Source of the DNA: an uncultured delta proteobacterium
Lineage (GTDB): Bacteria; Desulfobacterota; Binatia; JACPRU01
Direction: 5' to 3'
Assembly (NCBI GenBank): GCA_963745025.1
Contig: CAVUWD010000008.1
Span: 64,001-128,000, forward strand
DNA length: 64,000 bases
A program made the translations under genes and the position numbers. The notes under the pieces were generated by a model. That model was not told the origin of the DNA, searched no databases, and saw nothing but the letters and a program-made list of their open reading frames with translations. Below, in pieces: positions 34,596 through 42,153 of the stretch (positions are counted from its first letter, which is position 1; every line of letters starts with the position of its first letter).

Positions 34596-35771
34596 ATGAC
34601 CTACGCCGCCGATCTGCGCACGGACCGGCCCGGAAGCCTGCTTCCGCCGTTGGCGCTCTCCATTCTCGTTCACGTGCTCTTTGCACTTCTGTTCGTAGCC
34701 GCATCGCTACGCGTTCCGCAGCCCGCTTCCTCGCCGTTCGAGGTCGAGATTCTGCAGCCGGAGGACGCCGCTCGCGCGAGATCGAAGCCGCGAAGCCAGC
34801 AGGCCCAAGCGGCTGCGCCGTCAGTCGAGCCGCGGGTCGCGCCGCCGAAGACTCAGATCGTAAGCCCGCCCGACAGTCCCGAGCAGACCCCTGACAAAGC
34901 GCGGCTGCTCAGCGATCGCGACAGCCGCGCCGCCGAAGAGATGATCAAGCGCGGCGAGCCGGCCCCTCCCGCGAAGCCCCCGCAGGATGCCGCCAGGCCC
35001 GAGAACGCCAAGCAAGCAACCGCCGACCAGCCGGCGACGAAATCCAAGGGTGATACCCAAGGAGCCGAACGCGCCGCGGCGCTCGCCAAGTCCGACGCTC
35101 GAGCTCGAGAACTGACGACGCACACGGCTCCGCTCGTCGGACTGAGCGACCTCTTCATCCGCCCTTCGGAGCTGGCGCGCGATCCTGCCTTGCGCAAAGG
35201 GGAGTCGGGCGACGGCGATAAGACGGCGGAAGGCGGCAAGCGCGACCTCGCGTCGCTCAGCCGGCCCGACCTCTGGGCAGATCCTGGCCCGCGCGGCTCC
35301 GCCGACTATCTGCCCGACGTTCGTGGGGGCAACTTCACGCTGCTCAATACCAAGGCGGATCGCTTCGCGCCGTTTGTGCGCCGCGTCGGCATGCGTGTGT
35401 TCCAGAGCTTCAGCATGGCGTTCAAGCGGGAGATCTATGCGGGGACGGTGCCGCAAGGTAGAGAGAACGTCGAGATCGAAGCGGTCATGAGCCGCGACGG
35501 CAAGCGCGTAGACGTCTACCTAAAGCAGCACAGCGGCAATCTCTCCGCCGATCGCACGCTGCTCGGGACGCTGAACGACCAGAGCTTCTTCGACGAGAAT
35601 CCACCGGCCGAGGCCGTGGCCGGGGATGGCCGCATTCACTTCGTCTTCGCGCTCGACGCGGAGGTTTTGTCCCGGCGCGACGGCCGAGAAGGAGGAGGGC
35701 GAGAAGGAGGAAGGCGAGGAGGAGGAAGGCAGCCGGACGCGCAGTGGGTATTGGGTGCGGGGCTGCTCTAG
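34596..35771 (+). CDS. TonB/TolA-like energy transducer protein
   Basis: LALSILVHVLFAL TM with SxxxH, Pro/Ala/Lys-rich linker, globular C-terminal domain. Confidence 0.7.
   Translation: MTYAADLRTDRPGSLLPPLALSILVHVLFALLFVAASLRVPQPASSPFEVEILQPEDAARARSKPRSQQAQAAAPSVEPRVAPPKTQIVSPPDSPEQTPDKARLLSDRDSRAAEEMIKRGEPAPPAKPPQDAARPENAKQATADQPATKSKGDTQGAERAAALAKSDARARELTTHTAPLVGLSDLFIRPSELARDPALRKGESGDGDKTAEGGKRDLASLSRPDLWADPGPRGSADYLPDVRGGNFTLLNTKADRFAPFVRRVGMRVFQSFSMAFKREIYAGTVPQGRENVEIEAVMSRDGKRVDVYLKQHSGNLSADRTLLGTLNDQSFFDENPPAEAVAGDGRIHFVFALDAEVLSRRDGREGGGREGGRRGGGRQPDAQWVLGAGLL
35685..35729 (+). repeat. 3 x 15-bp tandem repeat (CGAGRAGGAGGARGG)
   Basis: Read directly; encodes REGGG-REGGR-RGGGR. 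Confidence 0.85.
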
Positions 35772-36036
35772 ACCCTATGGAACGACCTACCAAATCACCT
35801 CCGAATTACGTCGAACCAGTAGCACCCACGCTCACTCGAAATCCTCGTCCGTTGGCGGAGTTGGTTGTTCCTGGTTCGGCTCCGTCGGGTCCTGTAGAGA
35901 ATTCGTGATCAGCAGGGCGCGCCAACCTGAACGGGACTCCAAGTGGAGTTTGGACGCCGGCGTTCAAACTGGTGTTGAAACATGCTGAATCAAGCGGAAA
36001 CCGGCCGAGTTAACTTCGCGATTTCACGAGATGGCG

Positions 36037-36063
36037 ACGGGTTCGAATCCCGTCGGGGGGCCC
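36037..36063 (+). other. Degenerate tRNA 3'-end fragment (tRNA-Glu-like att scar)
   Basis: ACGGGTTCGAATCCCGTCGGGG T-arm with no 5' half. Confidence 0.55.
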
Positions 36064-36175
36064 AGCCTGCGTGTCGTCGCGCGGGGCCGTGGAGAGATCA
36101 GCTACATAAATGGGAGTCGTCATGCCGCGGTCTTGATCCGGCGGATCAAAAAGAAGCTCGGTGCGCAGACGTGTA

Positions 36176-36272
36176 AAATCCCGTCGGGGACGTGAACCCT
36201 CTCCGCAGGGCTGCCGCAACTAGGATACCACCTCTGCGGCAGCCAGCTCGACGACTTTCCCCGAACGCTGCC
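36176..36272 (+). repeat. 97-bp direct repeat copy 1 (tRNA-Glu-like end plus integrase 3' end)
   Basis: 9 mismatches by hand alignment to 45264-45360. Confidence 0.9.
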
Positions 36273-37428
36273 TTTGATCGTTCCTGAGGATGTCTCGAAG
36301 CCGCAGATCCCATCTCAGGAGAGCATCTTCCTTATCCGAGTCGTACGAGTGCCGGTCGTAGACGGCCGTGACGTCGCGCTCGGCATGATTCAGGATCTTG
36401 CCCACGACGAGCCTCGAGATGCCGATCCCTGTCATGTGGCTCGCCGCCGTGCGGCGCAGATCGTGGAAGCGAAACTCGATCCCCGTTCGCTGACGAAGGC
36501 GCCGCATCGGCTTTTGTAGGTTCGCAATGGGCTCCTCCTTGGAGCCCGGAAAAACGTACGCCGACCCCTCGGACTGTCCCCTGAGTCTTCGGAGAAGATC
36601 GAGGGCTTGCGGAACGAGCGGCACCCGATGCGACATCTTGTTCTTCGCGCGCTCAGCCGGGATAGTCCACCAGCCTGCGTCGAGATCGAGTTCATCCCAT
36701 CGCATCCCGAGCACTTCGCCTCGTCGCTGCGCCGTCAAAAGGGCGAGCTTCAGTGTAGCTGCGATCTGCAGGCGCTCGTGATCGAGCGCCCCCCATACCT
36801 GTCGGATCTCTTCCTCGGTCAGGACGCGGTCCCGCCGCCGCTCCTCACCCGAAATTGGTACGTTGTGGATGGGGTTGTATTCGACGACGCCCCGCTGAAT
36901 GCCGAAGTTGAAGATCTTGCTAGCGAGGGCACGGGTCCGGTTCGCCATGATCCCCGATCCGCGCCCCGCGATCTCGTCGAGCATTGCGATCACGTGCTTC
37001 CGCTTGATCTCGATCGCCTTCCAGTTCTTCCACCGCGGCAGCAGCTCCCGGTTCATCGTCCGCTCGTCTTCGCGCCAGCTCCTCTTCAGAACCTTGGCGT
37101 GCTTCTCGAGGTAGAGTTCAGCCAGCTGGCCGAAAGATTCCGCTCTTCGCTGAGCCTGCTTCTCTCCGGCGGGATCCGCGCCGTGAGCGGCGTCACGCAA
37201 TGCAGCTCGAGCGAGCCGGCGAGCGTCGGCAAGGCTGAGGGTAGGGTAGGCGCCGAGGGTCATTCTTCGGAGCCGGCCGTTGTGCCGATAGATTGTAACC
37301 CAGGACTTCTGTCCTGCCGCGGAGACGCGAAGGCCAAAGCCTGAAGCGTGGGTATCCCAGTAATCGATTTGCCCCTGGTGGGGCGGTTTGACGGAGTCGA
37401 CGAACAGCTTGGTCAGGGGGACGCGCAT
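36220..37428 (-). CDS. Tyrosine integrase, P4-like with arm-binding domain
   Basis: GFGLRVS...MTLGAYPTLSLADAR arm domain; catalytic LTAQRRGE, KNK, HDLRR, ILNH, VY. Confidence 0.95.
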   Translation of the reverse strand: MRVPLTKLFVDSVKPPHQGQIDYWDTHASGFGLRVSAAGQKSWVTIYRHNGRLRRMTLGAYPTLSLADARRLARAALRDAAHGADPAGEKQAQRRAESFGQLAELYLEKHAKVLKRSWREDERTMNRELLPRWKNWKAIEIKRKHVIAMLDEIAGRGSGIMANRTRALASKIFNFGIQRGVVEYNPIHNVPISGEERRRDRVLTEEEIRQVWGALDHERLQIAATLKLALLTAQRRGEVLGMRWDELDLDAGWWTIPAERAKNKMSHRVPLVPQALDLLRRLRGQSEGSAYVFPGSKEEPIANLQKPMRRLRQRTGIEFRFHDLRRTAASHMTGIGISRLVVGKILNHAERDVTAVYDRHSYDSDKEDALLRWDLRLRDILRNDQRQRSGKVVELAAAEVVS

Positions 37429-37459
37429 AGGATCTCCGAAGTCGTTGCCTGGCGTTTCC

Positions 37460-37478
37460 AGGTAACACATAGGTAACA
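37460..37478. promoter_or_regulatory. Putative integrase arm-type sites (AGGTAACA x2)
   Basis: Direct repeat with 11-bp period between integrase start and att core. Confidence 0.45.
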
Positions 37479-37607
37479 AAATCGCGAGGACTTTGCGGTG
37501 AGCTGCGAGCTGTCGTGAAACAAAAAACACTCAGTAATTCCATATGCTAGCAGGGAACAACCAGTTCAGGATGTTTCAGGAGAAGTCGTAATTATCCTGG
37601 GATCACA

Positions 37608-37652
37608 GATTCGTAATCAGCAGGTCGCCGGTTCGATTCCGGCGGGTGGCTC
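37608..37652 (+). other. att site: 3' half of tRNA-Thr(CGT)
   Basis: GA-TTCGTAA-TCAGC-AGGTC-GCCGG-TTCGATT-CCGGC-GGGTGGC-T; D arm and 5' acceptor strand absent. Confidence 0.85.
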
Positions 37653-38014
37653 TTTTATTCCAACTAGTTACGCGGTGCCTGCTCTCATCCGTGTGCCACA
37701 CGTGTGCCATTGGGTCTACCGAGGGAATCGCGAACGGAGCGGGTCGGCACGCTGTCGAGTTTCATTGGGGAGGCGCGGCGCCTCGGCCTCGGCGTGGGTA
37801 GCCCAGCCCATGGGCTGTGACGTGGCGACTAAAATTATCAAGCAGCTGCGGAATCGCGTTGCGCCCGCGCTATCCGGCGGCCCCTGCCGGATGACGCGCT
37901 AACGAGCGCTGGTCAGGTGCAGGGTTATTGAGGGATTGCAGCGGGGTGGGCGCGGTGTGGGGGAATCGATGCCACTTTATCGGGTGTGATAAACGATGGG
38001 TTCGGGCAGGGTGG

Positions 38015-38040
38015 ATTTGCAGGTCAATACGTAGTTGGGC
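38015..38040 (+). other. attI-like integron recombination site
   Basis: ...GTCAATACGTA-GTTGGGC core (GTTRRRY) with no attC hairpin before it; complementary to GCCCAAC of the downstream attC. Confidence 0.55.
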
Positions 38041-38153
38041 GGACGCACATCTGGAGGCGCTAGGCAGGAGGAGCGGCAAACGAGGACCGGTGATTGAGTA
38101 CAGATGCTCCTCACCCAACTGATGACAAGACGCTGTTTGCAGAGGTGATCGAG

Positions 38154-38843
38154 ATGGCGACGTTCGTTCTCGTCCACGGTGCGTTCGGCAGCCCCGCCGA
38201 GTTGGCGCCGGTGATTCCCTTGCTCGAGGCGCTCGGTCACCGTGCCATCGCCGTCGACCTGCCGTGCGCGGACCCGGCGGCGACACTTGACGACTACGCC
38301 CGGACGGTGGTCGAGGCGATGGCCGGGATCGAAGGGCCGGTCGTGGTCGTCGGCCATTCGGCGGGCGGCGCGACGATCTCGCTCGTGCCCGGCCGGACCC
38401 GCGTCGACCGCCTGGTCTACGTGACGGCGGTCGTTCCCGAGCCGGGGCGCTCGATCGCAGACGTCGTTGGCGCCGACGTTCGCGAGACGATGCTGTCGGT
38501 CTCACATGACGACGGCAACGGCTGCCGGTCGTTTGACCTGGAGATGCTGGCCTCGCTCGCGCCACCGGAGGAGCGGGAGGCGTATCTTGCCTTCCTCAGA
38601 GCCACGCAGCGCCCCCAGGGCTGGGCAGCGTTGGAACAGCCCTGGCCCGGCCGGTCACTTCCCGACGTGCCCCGCACCTACGTGCTCTGCACGGAGGACA
38701 AGATTATACCGCCCGCGAAACAGCGCGAGATGGCGGCGCGCCTGGGCGTGGAGCCCATCGAGATCGCCTCCGAACATGCGGTCTTCGCCCTCCAGCCCCG
38801 CGAGCTCGCCGCGGTGTTAGCGGCGCAGGGCCGATCCACGTGA
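38154..38843 (+). CDS. Alpha/beta hydrolase (esterase-like), gene cassette 1
   Basis: MATFVLVHGAF, GHSAGG nucleophile elbow, CTEDKII Asp, SEH His. Confidence 0.9.
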   Translation: MATFVLVHGAFGSPAELAPVIPLLEALGHRAIAVDLPCADPAATLDDYARTVVEAMAGIEGPVVVVGHSAGGATISLVPGRTRVDRLVYVTAVVPEPGRSIADVVGADVRETMLSVSHDDGNGCRSFDLEMLASLAPPEEREAYLAFLRATQRPQGWAALEQPWPGRSLPDVPRTYVLCTEDKIIPPAKQREMAARLGVEPIEIASEHAVFALQPRELAAVLAAQGRST

Positions 38844-38885
38844 GCTCCCAGGATTCGGAAGCTCAAGCACTGCACGTGAGGCGCT

Positions 38886-38946
38886 GCCCAACCCGGCGAT
38901 GCAGCGGACCGGTTTCGCCGGCCGCTGATCACCTAGGCCGTTAGAT
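38886..38946 (+). other. Integron attC site
   Basis: GCCCAAC (RYYYAAC) ... GATGCAGCGGACCGG-TTTCG-CCGGCCGCTGATC ... GTTAGAT (GTTRRRY), 61-bp imperfect hairpin. Confidence 0.85.
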
Positions 38947-39181
38947 GGCGCAAAGAAGAAGACTGATCGCCACGCTGCGATGGATTGTTGAACGGCTCGT
39001 AACGCTCGCCATCGCCGTTCCAATTCAGCTCGGCGCGTTGCTGGTCTGGGCGATTGTCGTGGGCAGGCTCCAAGACGCGGTGGCCGGTGTCCTCGGTCAT
39101 CCCGTTCTCGATCCTGACGACGAGTTCACAACGAGGGTCACTTTGCGAGCGGCGCCATCTCCTAAGAAACAACGACAGTAG
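38945..39181 (+). CDS. Small membrane hypothetical protein, gene cassette 2 (3' end altered by IS110)
   Basis: ATG overlaps the GTTAGATG core; one hydrophobic segment. Confidence 0.5.
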   Translation: MAQRRRLIATLRWIVERLVTLAIAVPIQLGALLVWAIVVGRLQDAVAGVLGHPVLDPDDEFTTRVTLRAAPSPKKQRQ

Positions 39182-40268
39182 GGGTTTGTAATTGCACGAG
39201 TTGGAAGCCGAGAGAGGCGGCGCGCTTGGAGAGAGAGCGGACGGTGCGCTCGCGGAATTTGAGTTCGTAGTAATCGATGCCGAGATCTTTGTAGGGTTGG
39301 CGGTGCTTCCACATTCGGTAGAAGATGCGCGAGAGCTTGTGGGCGGTGGCGGTGATGGCCTTGGGGGGCCCGAGTCGGGCGCGCATGCGGCGATGAAAGG
39401 CACCCAGAGCGGTGTGGCTGTTGCCGGCAGACTGAGCGGCTCGGCGTAAGGCAGTGGCCACACGGTTGGAGGCTTTTCGGGTCTTGGAGCTTTTCACTTC
39501 TCCTCCGGTGACACGGTTGTCGGGGCACAGCGCAAGCCAGGAGGCGAAGTGCTTCTCGGAGGGAAACTTCGAGGGATCGAGGCCGACCTCGGAAAGGATG
39601 GTCTGCACGGTGAGGGCATCGAACCCCGTGATGGCGGTGAAGTCGACGCCTGAGATTCGATAGAGGTGGGTGCGCAGGTCGAAGCCAGCCTCGTTGCGCT
39701 GGGGCTTGCGGTGGGTGGCCTTGGGTTGTCCCAGGGGCGTGAGAGCAGGGTCGACTTGGGTGTCGAAGCCGCCCAGGCATTGCTCGATCCGCAGGTCGCA
39801 GTCGGCAATCATGCTGCGGTAGGTGTCATAGAGCGAGAGGCATTGCTCAAGTGCGAAGAGGTGCTCGGGTCGGTAGTCGCCCTGGAGGGATTGGGCGATG
39901 CGCTCGGAGGTGCTCTTGATGCGATGATCGCGCATCGCGGCCAGAAGCTGTGGATCTCGCTCACCGGCGAGGATGGAGCGAATGATTCTCATGCCGCTGA
40001 CGCCGGTGATGTCACTGATGACCTTGTGAAGCTGGATGTTCATCTGGGTCAGGGCCTTCTGCATGCGCTGCACGTGAGCGGCCGCGTCGCGGATGAGAGT
40101 ATCGCGCTGGCGGATGTAGCTGCGCAGCACGCAGGTCTGATCGTCGGGACGAAACGATCCCGAGAGTAGACCAAAGGTGTGCAGCTGCTGGAGCCACTGG
40201 CAGTCCTGGATGTCGCTCTTTCTGCCGGGCAGGTTTTTGACGTGGCGGGCGTTGACGAGCTTGACCTC
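39162..40268 (-). pseudogene. IS110 transposase lacking its N-terminus
   Basis: EVKLVNARHVKNLPGRKSDIQDCQWL, VISDITGVSG, HFASWLALCP...TGG, KAITATAHKL; no start codon or first DEDD residues. Confidence 0.88.
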
Positions 40269-40483
40269 TCCTAAACGGGATAACCCTCCGTGCGAGGGAG
40301 GGCTTCACCAATGAAACAACCGCAAGCCCCCCGGAACCATGCTAACCCACGGGCGCGAAGGCACCATTGGCGCTACGGTCTTAGCTACCCGAGCACATCC
40401 CGGTGTACTCGACGCACACCGGCGCAGCAAAGACACTCAGGTTTCTTCCATCAACAACACCGCGCCTCGCGCGGGGTCAAATG
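40269..40483 (-). ncRNA. Putative IS110 bridge-RNA-encoding non-coding end
   Basis: About 215-bp non-coding end upstream of the transposase with hairpins, GTTAG (target+core match) and TTAGGAG (donor+core match). Confidence 0.5.
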
Positions 40484-40565
40484 CTAACAAGGCGCACAAC
40501 CTGCTCGCTGCGCGCTCCGCTCCGTTTCGCTTGCGGGCTCCGCGCGAGGGCGGCCTCGCGCGGAG
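40484..40565 (+). other. Remainder of second attC (right arm missing)
   Basis: CTAACAAGGCGCACAACCTG left arm, then GGCTCCGCGCGAGG/CCTCGCGCGGAGCC hairpin; no GTTRRRY follows. Confidence 0.6.
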
Positions 40566-40671
40566 CCGTCTGCCGGCCCATGAGCGGTGAGCCGGATGCT
40601 GCAAGGCCGAGCGATAGCCGCCCCGAGCGAGGTCGCAAGCGCCGTCGGCGCGCGCAGCCGAGCGTAGTCAA

Positions 40672-41334
40672 TCAGACGCGCCGCCGGCGGGCGCTCGCCT
40701 TGTACTGCGTGAAGCGCTCGGCGTCGCCGGGCCGGAGCGGGTCGCGCCCCGAGAGGAACAGCTCGAGATAGGCCAGGTCGTCGAAGCCCCAGAAGAGCTC
40801 CCCGTCGACCGCGAAGGTCGGCACGCCCCACACCCCGAGGCGCACCGCGGCGTCTGTCGCCTCGCGCAAACGGGCCTTCACCTGGTCGCCGGCGGCCTCC
40901 GCGACGAGCGCGTCGCCGTCCAGCCCGGCCACGCGCGCAGCCTGCGCCACGACCTTCGGATCGCTGATGTCCTGCGACTCCGCCCAGGCGGCGCGGAACA
41001 GCGCGTCGATCAGAAGGCGGCGCGGCTCGCCGGCGGGCGCGGCCCACGTCGCGCGCAGCGCGAGCAGCGGCGGGAACGGGTGCGTGGCCGGCGGCGCAAT
41101 CGGGATCCCGAGCAGCCGCGCCTTGCGCGCGACGTTCAGCATCATCCAGCGCGCCTTCGGCGCGACTTCCGCCGGCCCGAGCTGGCCGTGCGCGTTCAGG
41201 AGCCCCGCGAACAACACCGGCACCGGCTCGATCGCGCGCCCACAGCGCTCCGCGAGCGGGCCGAGCTGCACCCACGCCAGGTATGCATTGTGCGAGATGT
41301 AGTCGAAGTAGAACCGGATCGCTGAGCCGCTCAC
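40672..41334 (-). CDS. DsbA family / 2-hydroxychromene-2-carboxylate isomerase
   Basis: IRFYFDYISHNAYL, GVWGVPTFAVDGELFWGFD. Confidence 0.88.
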   Translation of the reverse strand: MSGSAIRFYFDYISHNAYLAWVQLGPLAERCGRAIEPVPVLFAGLLNAHGQLGPAEVAPKARWMMLNVARKARLLGIPIAPPATHPFPPLLALRATWAAPAGEPRRLLIDALFRAAWAESQDISDPKVVAQAARVAGLDGDALVAEAAGDQVKARLREATDAAVRLGVWGVPTFAVDGELFWGFDDLAYLELFLSGRDPLRPGDAERFTQYKASARRRRV

Positions 41335-42106
41335 GCGGCGAGTGTACCAGCTCGCAGCGGCTTGAGGTACGATCGGCGCGCGATGAAGTTCGTCTCCGCG
41401 CTCGGGGAGAGTGCGGCCGTCGGTGCGGCACTCGATCAGGTGATGCCCGAGATCGCGCCGAGGCCGCCCTTGAACAGCGCCTCGTCGGCCGCGCGCAGCA
41501 GCGCCTCGGGCGCGATCTCCGACAGACAGGTGAGCAGGCGCAGGAACAGGGCATAGGGTGTGGTCTCGTCCGCGTGCTGCACTACGCCCAGCACGCCGAC
41601 CGGCTCGGCGTCGATCATGTGGCCGACGTAGTCGAGGCCGTCGAGGCGCGCCAGCGGCTGGCCGGTGCTGCCCGAGACGGACAAGGGTCTTAGCCGGGCA
41701 GCGTCCAGGTGATCTCCCGGCCCTTCAGCTCGCGGTAGCGGCGCGCGTGCGCGCGTAAGCTCGCAGGATCTGACATGCCACGCGACAGCCAATCCCGATC
41801 GAGCCGCGCCGCAGCGTCGATTGCGGCCATTGTCGTCGCCTGCAGGGCGCGCTTCGCGAACGCGTAGGCCGGGTAGCAGTCTGGTGGCACGAGAGCAGAC
41901 CAGGTCACCGCGTCATCCAGTAGTCGGCCTGGCGCCGCCGTCTTGCCGACCACACCCATCTTCACGACCGCCGCGAGATCGTACGCCTGACCGAGCAGCG
42001 TCAGCTGCTTGCGTGGCCCGTGGAGCGTCGCCGGCGTCGTCCGCACGAAGGAGCTCTGACGGCCGCCCGTGTGGGGGATTGGGTGGAGACGATCGTCAAG
42101 AAGCGC

Positions 42107-42132
42107 GGCTTATGCCGAGCTCGGCATAAGCC
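42107..42132. repeat. Perfect 26-bp palindrome
   Basis: GGCTTATGCCGAG-CTCGGCATAAGCC. Confidence 0.85.
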
Positions 42133-42153
42133 TGGGCTAAGCGGGCAAAGCCT

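Larger units (their letters stand above)
39161..40485 (-). mobile_element. IS110-family element, internally deleted, inserted in attC
   Basis: CT at both 39159-39160 and 40484-40485; removal restores CCATCTAACAAGGCG. Confidence 0.85.

Noticed and set aside
35685-35729. CRISPR array
   Set aside because: Contiguous 15-bp units without spacers, inside a CDS; no cas genes in the window
36133-36149. FNR box TTGAT...ATCAA
   Set aside because: Spacer is 7 nt rather than 4; just a small palindrome
36220-37428. Integron integrase IntI
   Set aside because: Has a P4-type arm-binding N-terminus and no visible IntI insertion near the HxxR motif
37608-37652. Functional tRNA-Thr gene
   Set aside because: Only anticodon loop to acceptor 3' strand is present; the 5' half is missing, so it is an att fragment
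41383-42046. FIST-like start on plus strand and two minus-strand ORFs
   Set aside because: Short, overlapping, no motif I can confirm
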